64,000 bases of DNA, taken from assembly GCA_038231275.1 (NCBI GenBank), contig JBBRLQ010000006.1:1-64000 (forward strand). Direction: 5' to 3'. The notes below the pieces were generated by a model. The model ran no database searches, was not told the DNA's origin, and saw only the letters and a program-made list of their open reading frames with translations. How positions within the stretch are numbered: position 1 is the stretch's first letter; every line of letters starts with the position of its first letter. Made by a program: the position numbers and the translations under genes. The DNA is from Polyangiales bacterium. Lineage in GTDB: Bacteria; Myxococcota_A; Polyangia; Polyangiales; Polyangiaceae. Shown here piece by piece: positions 1 to 9,751 of the stretch.

Positions 1-783
1 GCCAACGGAGAGCTCGGCGGCGCAGGCCGCCGCGAAGGCGCGCGGATCGACCTCGCGATCACGACGGTCGCGGAGGACGCCGGCTAGCACCTCGATGGCG
101 CGCGCGCTCGCGGACCGTGCGCCGCCGCTGCGGTAGCCCGACGGCGGGAGATCGAGTCGGCTGGTCGCGTCCGCCGAGGAGAGCCAGTCGCGCGCGGCGG
201 CGAGGAGCGGCTCGCACTCGGGCTCGAGAGGCCCTTCCCCAGGACGCGTGCCGTCGAGGTCGAGCGCCGCCACGTGCCCCTGCTCTGCCGAGTACGCGCC
301 GAGGTGCGCGAGGAGCCGATCCAGCGACACCGCGCCGGCCGCGCGTCCCACCAGCGGCTCTCCCTTCTTCGTCTCGACGGTGACGACGCTCCACGACGTC
401 GTCGGCGTCCCTTGATCGCGACCGTGCATCATCTCGACGTGGACCCTCTCGATCGCGGCCCACCGCAAGACGCGCGGCTCGCCGTCGGGCTCGACCAGCA
501 CACCCCAAGGGACGATCCCCATCGGCACCGCGCGTGCGTTCCAGCGCCGCGACAGGTGCGGACCACCGACGCGCCGCAACGCCAGCCCTCCCGCGACGGC
601 CGCGATCGCGGTGAGCACGACGCCGCGCAGCGTCACGCCGTGCATGAGGCCTGCGCCGAGCGTCGCGACCCCCAAGGTCGCGCTCGCCCAGAGACCGACG
701 CGCGAGCGCGGCCCTGGCTCGAGGCTCACGTACCGGAAGTCCGGCGCGGGCGCGAGGCCGTCGGCTGCAGCGAGCTCGGTCAT
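1..783 (-). CDS. Hypothetical membrane protein, runs off the window start (3' partial)
   Basis: My own translation from ATG 783 is open to position 1 (MTELAAADGLAPAPDFRYVSLEPG...). Two hydrophobic segments near the N-terminus. Absent from the ORF track because there is no stop in the window. Confidence 0.7.
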   Translation of the reverse strand, partial: MTELAAADGLAPAPDFRYVSLEPGPRSRVGLWASATLGVATLGAGLMHGVTLRGVVLTAIAAVAGGLALRRVGGPHLSRRWNARAVPMGIVPWGVLVEPDGEPRVLRWAAIERVHVEMMHGRDQGTPTTSWSVVTVETKKGEPLVGRAAGAVSLDRLLAHLGAYSAEQGHVAALDLDGTRPGEGPLEPECEPLLAAARDWLSSADATSRLDLPPSGYRSGGARSASARAIEVLAGVLRDRRDREVDPRAFAAACAAELSVG

Positions 784-859
784 TCCCGCTGTAGTGTTAG
801 TCCGTTTAAGGAGAGCGGGCGAGCCCTGGCCACCCTTGCGTGGTGGTACTCTGTGCGCA

Positions 860-1930
860 ATGGCGTTCGAAGTCGGAGCGAAGATCGAGCTCGGCTACGG
901 GCGCGTCGTCATCGACCGCCGCATCGGCGAGGGGGCGATGGGCGTCGTGTACCGCGCCTGGCTCTTCTACGCGCCCGGCAGCGCGCGCGCGAGCGAGCCG
1001 CCGGTGCCGCTCGCCGTGAAGGAGCTCCTCCCGCACGCGCAGGTGCAGCCGGCCATTCGGCAGCTCTTCCTCCAGGAGGCCGACGCGCTGAAGGTGCTCC
1101 TCCACCCCAACATCGTGCGCTTCTACGATCTGTTCGAGTTCCGTGGATCTTTGGCGCTCGCGATGGAGCTCGTCGACGGCAACACGCTCGAAGAGGTCAT
1201 CGCACGGCACATGGCGCGCGCGCGCCTGGCAGGCAACGGGGTCTTGCCGGGCATCCCGTTTCAGCGTGCTTGGTACTACTTCCAGCAGCTCCTTGGCGCG
1301 CTCGGCGCGACGCACGCGCTGGGCGTCGTTCACCGCGACGTGAAGCCGTCGAACGTCCTCATTCGCCGCGACGGCATCGTGAAGCTCACCGACTACGGCA
1401 TCGCGCGCCTCCACGACCGGCCCGATCCCGCCGCCATGGGGAGCCGCGGGAACAAGTACCTCTCCCCCGGCACCGGCGCGTACATGTCCCCCGAGCAAGT
1501 TCTCTCGCAGCCACTGGACGGGCGCAGTGATTTGTATTCTGCAGGTATCGTCCTCTTCGAAATGCTCACCGGTCGCCTCCCCTTCCCCATCGACGGCCGC
1601 ACCGAGCTGATGGTCCGCCTCGATCAAGTGGAGCGCGCGCCGCCGCCCATTCGCAGCTTCCTCGTCCAGGCGCCGCCCGTCCTCGACGCGCTCTTCTTCC
1701 GCGCGCTCTCGAAGGATCCCGAGATGCGCTTCGCCAGCGCGATCGAGATGGGCGAGGCGTTCCGGCGCGCGCTGGGGCTGCCGGACAGCGACTTGTGGCG
1801 CGCCCAGGCGGAGATCGCGCGCGTCGCGCCCACGCGACCAGACGTCGACGGCAAGAAGATGCAGACGCTGCGCATGCAGCTGGAGCGCGGGTACGGCGGC
1901 ACGCAGCAAATGTGGTCGCGCCGCAGCTGA
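860..1930 (+). CDS. Cytoplasmic Hanks-type Ser/Thr protein kinase
   Basis: IGEGAMGVVY, LAVK, HRDVKPSN, DYG (DFG variant), YMSPEQ, SDLYSAG. No TM segment. ATG 860 chosen. Confidence 0.92.
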   Translation: MAFEVGAKIELGYGRVVIDRRIGEGAMGVVYRAWLFYAPGSARASEPPVPLAVKELLPHAQVQPAIRQLFLQEADALKVLLHPNIVRFYDLFEFRGSLALAMELVDGNTLEEVIARHMARARLAGNGVLPGIPFQRAWYYFQQLLGALGATHALGVVHRDVKPSNVLIRRDGIVKLTDYGIARLHDRPDPAAMGSRGNKYLSPGTGAYMSPEQVLSQPLDGRSDLYSAGIVLFEMLTGRLPFPIDGRTELMVRLDQVERAPPPIRSFLVQAPPVLDALFFRALSKDPEMRFASAIEMGEAFRRALGLPDSDLWRAQAEIARVAPTRPDVDGKKMQTLRMQLERGYGGTQQMWSRRS

Positions 1931-1942
1931 CGGGCACGCGGC

Positions 1943-4900
1943 CTACTTGGCGTGCATGCGGAGCAGGCGAACCTCACTGGCGGCTTCGCGGTGCTTCGCG
2001 TTCACCTTCAGGAGCGCCTCGAAGTCCCGGAGCGCGTCCTTCGTCTTGTTCGCGCGCTTGTTCAGCTTGCCGCGATAGAGGAGCGCGCGCTCGCACGTCG
2101 GCTCGTTCTGCAGCACGCGCGAGATCGTGTCGATCGCGTCGTTGACCTGGTTGGGGCTCGCCCCCATCGCGCGCACCCAGGCGTAGAGCGAGACGTACTC
2201 CGCCTGCTCTGGATCGCCCTCTGCCGCCGAGCGCGCGAGCTTCTCGGCGAGCTGCATGTCTCCGCGCTGGAGCGCCGTTTCCGCGAGCCGGAAGTTCGTC
2301 ATCGCTTCGAGCGCACGCTCGGCATCGGCCATCTCGGGGCTCAGGTCCGCGTCACGCGCCGCGTGGGGCTCGGGCTCGCGCTCGGCGTATTCAGTGACCT
2401 CGCCGTTGTCGAGCCCGTCGTCCATCTTCGGCGGCGCGGCGCTCGCGGCGTTCGCGATGTCGATGTCGATGTCCACGTCCATCGCGTCGCTCGACGGAGG
2501 CGCGCTGGGCGCATGCCGCGGTGGCGCGACGGACGCGGGTGGACGCGAAAAGGGGGCGGGGCTGGCGCTGCCGTTCGAGCCCGCGGACGGCGGCCCTGGT
2601 CGCGGAACCACGATCGCGGCCGGCGCCCCCGACGTAGCGAGCCGAACCGACGGCATGGCCCCGGTGGCGGGACGCGGCAGCGGCCGCAGCGAGACCGGCG
2701 CGCGAGCAGCGACGGGCGCGACCGCGGCAGGTCGGGGCCGCGCGGCCATCGGCGTCTTCTTCTGTCCTTTGAACGAGAACTGCCGCGTGACCGCGAGGGT
2801 GTAGACGACAGAGCTCACCGAGTCTTCGTCCGCGACGTTCATCTGCAAGAGCTGGGGCAGCGAGCATTGACGCGTCACGATCGCGTCGAGGACACCTTGC
2901 TCGATCTCCGTCGGCCGCAGGCTCTCGAGATCGGCGTCGTCGTGGAACACGAGCGGGTGCTTCCCGATTCGGTTCAGCGTCGCGCGAACGCGCCCCCGGT
3001 CGTGCCACACCCGCACGGTGGCGAGGATCGAGTTGAGCGGCCCGGTGATCGTGGGCTCCGGGCTCCCCCACGCCTCCAAGTGGTTCACGTCGCGGTAGTA
3101 CGCGTAGCCCGTCTCGGGCGGCAGGTTGGCGAGCGACGAGACCTTGCGAACGAGCTGGAGCTCGAGAGCCTTGGTGAGGGCCTGACGCGAGATGTACCCG
3201 TGACCGATGCAGTACTCCCCGTAGAGGAGTCCGAGCTCGTGCGCCTCTTCGGCGATCGAATGGATCGGCTCGGGATCGAGCGCGCCCATCTCCGCGAGCT
3301 CTTCGCCGAGCAAGCATCCGTCGAACGCGAGGCGCGCCTTCGCGGGGATGCCGTTCAGGAAGTACATGAAGTGATCGCCGTCCGGAGCGTTGAAGACGAC
3401 GCTGCCCGACAGCGCGTGGTCGAGCATGTAGACGAGGACATGGGCGAGCGGCGTTGCGTCGAGCGAGCCGCGCGCGGTCGGCTCGCCTTCGAGCTGGTGC
3501 TGCGCAGGGTCGATGGCCTCGAGCTCTGCGGGCGCCTCCCCCTCTTCGAAAGGCGACTGCTGCACGACGGTGTGCATGTCGTCGGGCGGCTTGCTGCGCA
3601 GGGCCACCGGTGGGGACGTGCTCAGCTGCGGGCCGCTCGGCTTCAGCGACTCGTTGATCATCCGCCCCATCGCCTCGGCCACCGCCGACGGGCTCGAGCC
3701 GAGGGACGGCACGCTGCCCGCCGACGAGATGCTGCTCATCGAAGGGGAGCTCGTCTCATGGGTCTCGCGGACCTCTCGCGCTCCGGCGAACTGCGCCGAG
3801 GGGGTCGACCCACGCGGCGCGGACGGCGCGACCGCAGAGCGCGACGGGGACGACCCATACTCCGGAGCCGCCCGCATCCCCGATCCGCTGTGACCGGAGG
3901 GCGGGCTGCTTCCCGTATCGTGATCGTAGTGCTGGGGCTGCTCGCCGTACGTCTTCGCCTCGAGCCCCTTCTTCCACCCGTCGACGCTCATGATGCGCGC
4001 GATGCGGCGCTGCGGCTCGCGCGCGAGATCGATCTCGATAGGGCTACCCATCACGCCGCCCTGCGCGTCGAGCGCCACGCGCACACGCGGGCGATCGGGC
4101 GGCCCCGGCTCGCCGCGCGGAACGACCTCGCACACCTCACCGGTCGAGAGTTGGAGGACCGTGCCAACGGGGATGAGCCCCAACGCCGAGACGAGCATAC
4201 GAAGCACGGTCTTGTCGGCCGGCTCCTTCAGCTCCTCGCCCAGGGTGGCGACGGCGAAGTCCGGCGTCGGCGGCTGCAGACCCGGCTCCGGCGTCATCAG
4301 GTCGTTGTAGCGACGCGCGACGCTGATGATCTTCGCGTGCAGGGTCGCCTGGCGCGCGCCGCGGTAAACTGGACCGATCCACTGTTGACGACGGAGCCAG
4401 AGCGCCTCGAAGGCGACGACGGTACGCGTAATCGACGGCTCGTTGACGCGACCCAGCGCGGTGAGGACCGCGGCGGTGCCCCCCGGGAGCCGGTCCTCCT
4501 GATCCTCCGAGAGCGACATGACGCCCGGCATCTGGGGCATGCCCGGGATCGCTCCGACCGCTTGCGCGCGCGGACGACCGACGTCGTGCATCATCGCCGC
4601 CATCGCGATCTGCGCGAGCGTGACGCGATCGGCGGAGACTTCTCGCGCCATGGCGACGGAGAGGATCGCGGAGTTGACGGCCTTTCCCGCGTCGTCGTGG
4701 TTGGCGTTGCGCGCCTCGGTGACGCCGAGGTACGCGGCGGTCCCGCCCTCCGAGAGGTCGACGAGGCTCTGCGCGATACGCTTGATGCGGCGCGGGAGGA
4801 TGTATTTGCTCGCCTGCAGCTCGTCGAAGAAGCGGCGCATGATGACGACGGCCGAGGCGTACGTGCGGACGATGCGCTGCTCGGGGGTGAGCGGCTCGAT

Positions 4901-5389
4901 CTCGAGGCCTCGGAGGCGCGCCTTGTCGTCGACGGTGCGGAGGCGGATGCGCGGGCTCGTGGACCGGAAGCGACCCCGCTCGCTCCTCGTCGCCAGCGAG
5001 ATTTGCTCGGCGAACTGGAGCATCTCCTCTTGGCTCACGTCGCGGAGAATGACGAGCTCGCTGCCGCCGCACCACTCGAGGATGTCGCCGAGCTCGATCG
5101 CTTGATCGTAGACCGCGCGTGAGCCCTTCAAGAGCTGGCCGGCGACGAAGACGGCCTTCTGCGCGAAGAGGATGTTCACGTTGCTGCCGGCCCGCTGGCA
5201 GTAGTCGTGGACGACGTTGGTGCTCTGCTCTAGCTGCCGCTTGAACGCTTGATTGCCGAGGTCGTGCATCTGCGCGAGCTTGGCGAGGCGGTAGATGCCC
5301 ACGACGACGCCAGCGCCGAGATCGCGCGCGTGTTCGCGGCGGACCAGATCGCCCGCGTCGTTCGTCACGATGTCGAGGCGCATCGTCAC
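1943..5389 (-). CDS. Multidomain protein: degenerate HD-GYP domain, Ser/Pro-rich linker, DUF4388-like domain, C-terminal TPR
   Basis: AAMMHDVGR and LGLIPVGTVLQLSTGE...PDRPRVRV (HD-GYP family features); ARGSLDATPLAHVL...SGSVVF...MYFLNG (DUF4388/PATAN-like); ALLYRGKL...ALRDFEALLKVNAKH (TPR). Confidence 0.75.
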   Translation of the reverse strand: MTMRLDIVTNDAGDLVRREHARDLGAGVVVGIYRLAKLAQMHDLGNQAFKRQLEQSTNVVHDYCQRAGSNVNILFAQKAVFVAGQLLKGSRAVYDQAIELGDILEWCGGSELVILRDVSQEEMLQFAEQISLATRSERGRFRSTSPRIRLRTVDDKARLRGLEIEPLTPEQRIVRTYASAVVIMRRFFDELQASKYILPRRIKRIAQSLVDLSEGGTAAYLGVTEARNANHDDAGKAVNSAILSVAMAREVSADRVTLAQIAMAAMMHDVGRPRAQAVGAIPGMPQMPGVMSLSEDQEDRLPGGTAAVLTALGRVNEPSITRTVVAFEALWLRRQQWIGPVYRGARQATLHAKIISVARRYNDLMTPEPGLQPPTPDFAVATLGEELKEPADKTVLRMLVSALGLIPVGTVLQLSTGEVCEVVPRGEPGPPDRPRVRVALDAQGGVMGSPIEIDLAREPQRRIARIMSVDGWKKGLEAKTYGEQPQHYDHDTGSSPPSGHSGSGMRAAPEYGSSPSRSAVAPSAPRGSTPSAQFAGAREVRETHETSSPSMSSISSAGSVPSLGSSPSAVAEAMGRMINESLKPSGPQLSTSPPVALRSKPPDDMHTVVQQSPFEEGEAPAELEAIDPAQHQLEGEPTARGSLDATPLAHVLVYMLDHALSGSVVFNAPDGDHFMYFLNGIPAKARLAFDGCLLGEELAEMGALDPEPIHSIAEEAHELGLLYGEYCIGHGYISRQALTKALELQLVRKVSSLANLPPETGYAYYRDVNHLEAWGSPEPTITGPLNSILATVRVWHDRGRVRATLNRIGKHPLVFHDDADLESLRPTEIEQGVLDAIVTRQCSLPQLLQMNVADEDSVSSVVYTLAVTRQFSFKGQKKTPMAARPRPAAVAPVAARAPVSLRPLPRPATGAMPSVRLATSGAPAAIVVPRPGPPSAGSNGSASPAPFSRPPASVAPPRHAPSAPPSSDAMDVDIDIDIANAASAAPPKMDDGLDNGEVTEYAEREPEPHAARDADLSPEMADAERALEAMTNFRLAETALQRGDMQLAEKLARSAAEGDPEQAEYVSLYAWVRAMGASPNQVNDAIDTISRVLQNEPTCERALLYRGKLNKRANKTKDALRDFEALLKVNAKHREAASEVRLLRMHAK

Positions 5390-8271
5390 GCGGGCGGCCC
5401 TCCGCCTTCACGAATCCGCTGGTTGATGAGGCGCGCCGCGTTCGCCGCCGCCGTACGCGTGTCCTCGCTCGAGCCCCAGCGCGACTGCGAGACCTCGTGC
5501 AGCGCCATCGACACGCCGCCAGAGTGCGAGAGCTCACCCAAGATCTCGATGGCGGCCGTGCGGGTGGCCTCTTTCTCCTCTGTGAGGAGGACGCCGCCCT
5601 TCTTCGCGAGCTCGAGGACCATCGGCTCGCCGCTCTGGGGGCCGAGGACGACCAGCGCGCGCAGTAGCTCACGGCGCTCGTCGATTCCGAGCTCGTTGAA
5701 CGCCGGCGCCTTCACGCCGCGGGCAACCGCCGGCCACACGCCCTTCACGCGGTAACGCGCGCTCGTGCGGAGCGCCGCCATTCGGACGAGCGCCGACGCG
5801 TTGTCGAGCATCTGTCCGAGCTCGTTGTGCGCGAGGTCGGGGTTGCCCGACGCGAGGACCTTCGCCTCGATGCGCACGTTCACGTCCTCGCTGGTCGCGA
5901 GGCTGGCGAGGACGTGACGCGCCTGCTGCGTGCCCGCGCGCGCGAGGACGTTGAGGAGCGCGCTCGCCGCCTCCGGCTCCGCGCCGACCGCCGCCGCCGC
6001 GATCTCCCCCTCGCGCCCACCCATCACGCGCTCGATGAACGTGAGGATCTGCACGCGCACTGCCTCGGGCAAGCCGGCCTTCAACCCGCCCAGCATCGTC
6101 GGCAGATCGTTGGCGGAGATGCTCGCGAGGATGGGGACGAAGACGTCCATCTTCTCGGGATGATCGCGCAAGAACTTCAGCGTGAGCTCGAGGACCTCGG
6201 CTCCGAAGAGCGCGTTGGTGAACGCCCCGGCGAGCTTGATGAGATCGTTGCCGCGAACGCGATGCGCGAGGCGCTCGGTCACGGCCTGCTGGAGCTGAAC
6301 CACGATCTCCATGCGACCGGCGACGACGAGATCGGCGGCGCTCTTGCGCAGCGACGCGAGGACGAGCGGCGCGTCGCGGTTCACCGCCGAGTCGAGGTAG
6401 CCTTCGACCAGCGCGTCGATGTAGCGCTCACTCCACTTGTCGCGGCCGAGATCGAGCTGCTGCGCGAAGACCGCGCGGACCACGTCGTCGAGCGCGAGTG
6501 GGCTGACGCCGCGCTGCGCGTTCAACGCGTTGCGATCGGTCGAGACGGCCATCGCCTTCGCCTCGACGCGCGCGGAGTGCATTTGCGCCGCGTTCCCCGC
6601 CACCGCTTCGAGCTGATCGGACTCGTTATAGAACGCCTCGCGCTCGGCGGCGTCGCCTTCGGCGAACGCATCCACCGACTCGTGGTGCACGTGCGGCATC
6701 CCGCGCTCCCAGAACGCCGCGGCGATGTCGTCCTCCGGCGGAAGATCGCGCCCCGGGTCGACCATGAGGAGCGTGAAGAAATCGCGAAGCTCGTCGAGCG
6801 TCAGACCGGGGTCGAGGCGCAGCGTGCGCATTCCGGCGGCGAAGAGGTTGTACGGAACGGAGTCGAACGGCGGTCCCGGCTCCCACACCGGATGGCCCTG
6901 CACGTTGAACGAGTACGGTCGCAACGTGACGGTAAGCGCGGCGGCGTCCTTGTTGAGACCCTCGGCGAACGCCTCGAACGCGGTGCGCAGCGTGCGCTCG
7001 GTGGCCGGATGCGACCAGCCGAACTGCCGCACGCTCGGCAGCGTGCGATCGACGTGCTTCATCAGATCGCGCGTCGCCTGAACACGCGGGTCGTGGTCGG
7101 GGACCAAGGCCTCCCCGGGGAGGGCTTGCGGCTTCTGGCTGTGCAGCGAATGAGGGACGACGCCCGGCGCGTACATCCCCACGGCCGCGGTCGCCGGCAG
7201 CGCGGGCTGCGGGGCCGACCTGCGCGCGTCGGGCGGGAGGCTCTGCCCTTGCGGCGGCGACGCGAGGGGCGGGTTCGGGGTCATCGCCGGCGGCATCGCG
7301 GGAGGCGAGGCGAGCTGCGGAGCCGTCATCACCGCGGTATGGTTGGGCGCTGCGGCAGGCGGCGGCGGCGCGACGGCGGTTCCACCGACCTTGCGCGGAG
7401 AGAGCTGACCGCCGAGCTTGTAGAGCGCCTCGGTCACCGCGGCCTGCATGTCCCGCGCGTCGGCGAAGCGATTTCGACGATCCCACTGGAGCGACTTGTC
7501 GACGATTTGGATAAGCTCGATCGGCAAATTGGGCGCGATGCGCGCGACGCTGGGCACCGGCTTCGTCGCGGCCATGACGAGCGCCTCTTGCTCGGTGCGG
7601 CCGTTGTTGATGCGGTGCCCGGTGATGAGCGCGTGCATCATCGCGCCCACGCTGAAGATGTCGGCGCGCCCGTCGAGCTGATCGACGAGCCCCATCGCCT
7701 GCTCCGGAGACATGTACGCGGGCGTGCCGAGAGCGGTGCCCGTCGCCGTGCGCTCGGCCGTCGCGCTGCGGAACTGGGCGACGCCGAAGTCGAGCACTTT
7801 GACGATCCCTTCCTGCGTGAGGAAGATGTTCGCCGGCTTCAAGTCGCGGTGGATGACACCGATCGAGTGGCACGCCGCGAGGCAGTCGAGCACCGCCTCG
7901 GAGATCGCGAGCACCTCGGTGGCCTGCATCGCGCGGCCGGCCTTTTTCCAGGCGTCGCGCACCGTTTGCCCCTCGAGCAGCTCCATGACGAGGAACGGCT
8001 CGTCCAGATCCGTCACGTCGTCGTCGAGGACCTGGACCGTCGCGGCGTGCCCGACCTTGTTCGAGACGTACGCCTCGCGGAGGAAGCGCTCGCAGATCGT
8101 CTTCTCGCGCGCGAAATCGGTGTGGAGGATCTTGAGCGCCGCGCGCTGGTTGTTTCGGTGAGTCGCCGCGTACACCGCGGCCATGCCGCCGACGCCGAGC
8201 AAGGCATCGACCGTCCACTTCCCCTTGATGACGCTGCCGACGCGCGCGTTAGGGCCTGCGTCTTCCGACAT
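5386..8271 (-). CDS. Ser/Thr protein kinase fused to a HEAT-repeat domain
   Basis: LGVGGMAAVY, ALK, HRDLKPAN, DFG, YMSPEQ; Pro-rich linker; HEAT-like SEDVNVRIEA, NASALVRMAALR, EATRTAAIEILG. Stop overlaps the start of the next gene. Confidence 0.88.
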   Translation of the reverse strand: MSEDAGPNARVGSVIKGKWTVDALLGVGGMAAVYAATHRNNQRAALKILHTDFAREKTICERFLREAYVSNKVGHAATVQVLDDDVTDLDEPFLVMELLEGQTVRDAWKKAGRAMQATEVLAISEAVLDCLAACHSIGVIHRDLKPANIFLTQEGIVKVLDFGVAQFRSATAERTATGTALGTPAYMSPEQAMGLVDQLDGRADIFSVGAMMHALITGHRINNGRTEQEALVMAATKPVPSVARIAPNLPIELIQIVDKSLQWDRRNRFADARDMQAAVTEALYKLGGQLSPRKVGGTAVAPPPPAAAPNHTAVMTAPQLASPPAMPPAMTPNPPLASPPQGQSLPPDARRSAPQPALPATAAVGMYAPGVVPHSLHSQKPQALPGEALVPDHDPRVQATRDLMKHVDRTLPSVRQFGWSHPATERTLRTAFEAFAEGLNKDAAALTVTLRPYSFNVQGHPVWEPGPPFDSVPYNLFAAGMRTLRLDPGLTLDELRDFFTLLMVDPGRDLPPEDDIAAAFWERGMPHVHHESVDAFAEGDAAEREAFYNESDQLEAVAGNAAQMHSARVEAKAMAVSTDRNALNAQRGVSPLALDDVVRAVFAQQLDLGRDKWSERYIDALVEGYLDSAVNRDAPLVLASLRKSAADLVVAGRMEIVVQLQQAVTERLAHRVRGNDLIKLAGAFTNALFGAEVLELTLKFLRDHPEKMDVFVPILASISANDLPTMLGGLKAGLPEAVRVQILTFIERVMGGREGEIAAAAVGAEPEAASALLNVLARAGTQQARHVLASLATSEDVNVRIEAKVLASGNPDLAHNELGQMLDNASALVRMAALRTSARYRVKGVWPAVARGVKAPAFNELGIDERRELLRALVVLGPQSGEPMVLELAKKGGVLLTEEKEATRTAAIEILGELSHSGGVSMALHEVSQSRWGSSEDTRTAAANAARLINQRIREGGGPPA

Positions 8272-8437
8272 GTTCACGGGTTCCGCCAAGGGCTCACAGC
8301 GTCGTCGCGGACGACTCCTCCCCAGCTCCCTCGTGGCGGGCACCACGCCTCGCGAGAGCGTCGAAAAAGAAAATCGAACTCAGGCCATCTGGGCTCTTCT
8401 CAAGGATATCGGCCCGATGGGCGACGGGACAGGAATT

Positions 8438-9751
8438 TTAAGGTGTGCCGCTTCGGCGCAAGACGTTGCACAGACAGCCAATCGTCCCGTGGAAGCGGTA
8501 GGCGTCACGCACACGTATCCCCTGGATCTCCCACCCGAACCTGCGGTACGTCGCGACCGCGGCGGCGTCCATCTTCGCGACGACGGCGTCGTTCGCGTCA
8601 CGCGCGTATTGCGGCAGGTACGCGATCTTTCGGCCGCCGCGCGTCTCGTAGACACCGTTTGTGTAGGTGACGTAGGTCTTGTCGTCGAACGGGACGACCG
8701 GGATGCGTTCGACCCGGAAGCCGGCCGCGGCCAGGTCCTTCGCGGCCCGATCGAAGCGCGCGAGCGTCGTATCGGAGAAATCGGCGACCAGCGGCTCGCC
8801 GGTGTCGGGGCTCTCTTCGCCCGGCGTGAACGTCGCACCGACCATCTCGCGCCCCGCGCGCGGATCGCCGACGAGCACCGCGCGGTCCCCGATCGGCGTC
8901 ATGTACATCGACAGGTGATGCCGCGGGACGTCGCCATCGGCGTCGCCGAGCAGGATGATGTCGCGGTGAAACGTGCTCGCGAGACGCTCGCTCAGCGCCT
9001 TGCCGGTCGTCAGGCCGTGCTTTTGGTTCTTCGTGAGGAGGTTCGCGTCGACGATGATCTTGTCCCCCGTGACCGCGAAGTCGCCGGCGTCGTAGTCGAG
9101 CGGGACCTCGTTGACGATGTACCGCTCGGGCATCGCCTTCGCGACCGAGGAGAGCGTCGCCCAGTCGTTGAAACGCTCGCGCCACTTCGGATCGGGGCGC
9201 ATCGGGACGACCAGCTGCGTGCGCGGCGCGGCGAGGACGAGGGCGCGATCCTTCGACCACACCGTGATCGGTCCGCCCGTCTCGACGACGCGCGTGCGCG
9301 ACGCGAGCGCGCCCGACGGATCGACCTTGGCGAGGAACGCACGGAGCGCCGCTTCGTCCGAGGCGCCTGCGTCGGCGTCACGAGGAACGAGCGCGACGAG
9401 CTTGGTCGCCGGATCGAGCGCGCGAAGAAAATCGGTATAGGTCGGCGCGACGACCGACTCTTGCGACGCGACGTACTGGAAGAGCACTTCGTCGAGCGAG
9501 CCCTTGTCCTCCACGAGCACGTCGCCCGCGAGGCCGGCCGGCGTCGTGTTGGTCTTGGGCACCGCCGCGCGCGGCGCCATTCGGAGGACGACCACCGCGA
9601 CGGCGAGGCCGAGCGCGACGCCGATCGCGGCGAGCTTGAGCGTCGGCGATCTGCTCAGTTGCGGACGGCCAGCACGTCCACGGCCACTCGAGGCGACGGC
9701 CTCGCGGCGAGGCGGCGGTTCGGCGGGTTCTGAATCGCGTCGTCGGTCCAT
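8438..9751 (-). CDS. Membrane-anchored pentein-fold protein (agmatine/peptidylarginine deiminase-like); start uncertain
   Basis: WSKD, DAGDF, HHLSM, TYTNG and GTIGC align by eye with WxRD, EGG, HxD, YxN and GGxIHC. N-terminal TM LAAIGVALGLAVAVVVL. Confidence 0.7.
   Translation of the reverse strand: MDRRRDSEPAEPPPRREAVASSGRGRAGRPQLSRSPTLKLAAIGVALGLAVAVVVLRMAPRAAVPKTNTTPAGLAGDVLVEDKGSLDEVLFQYVASQESVVAPTYTDFLRALDPATKLVALVPRDADAGASDEAALRAFLAKVDPSGALASRTRVVETGGPITVWSKDRALVLAAPRTQLVVPMRPDPKWRERFNDWATLSSVAKAMPERYIVNEVPLDYDAGDFAVTGDKIIVDANLLTKNQKHGLTTGKALSERLASTFHRDIILLGDADGDVPRHHLSMYMTPIGDRAVLVGDPRAGREMVGATFTPGEESPDTGEPLVADFSDTTLARFDRAAKDLAAAGFRVERIPVVPFDDKTYVTYTNGVYETRGGRKIAYLPQYARDANDAVVAKMDAAAVATYRRFGWEIQGIRVRDAYRFHGTIGCLCNVLRRSGTP

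Noticed and set aside
1952..8670. Very long antisense and alternate-frame ORFs here and throughout (e.g. 1952..5122+, 5827..8670+, 16489..19026-, 43655..45871-)
   Set aside because: Shadow ORFs expected at high GC. They are Arg/Ala/Gly-rich, lack motifs and lie opposite clear genes.
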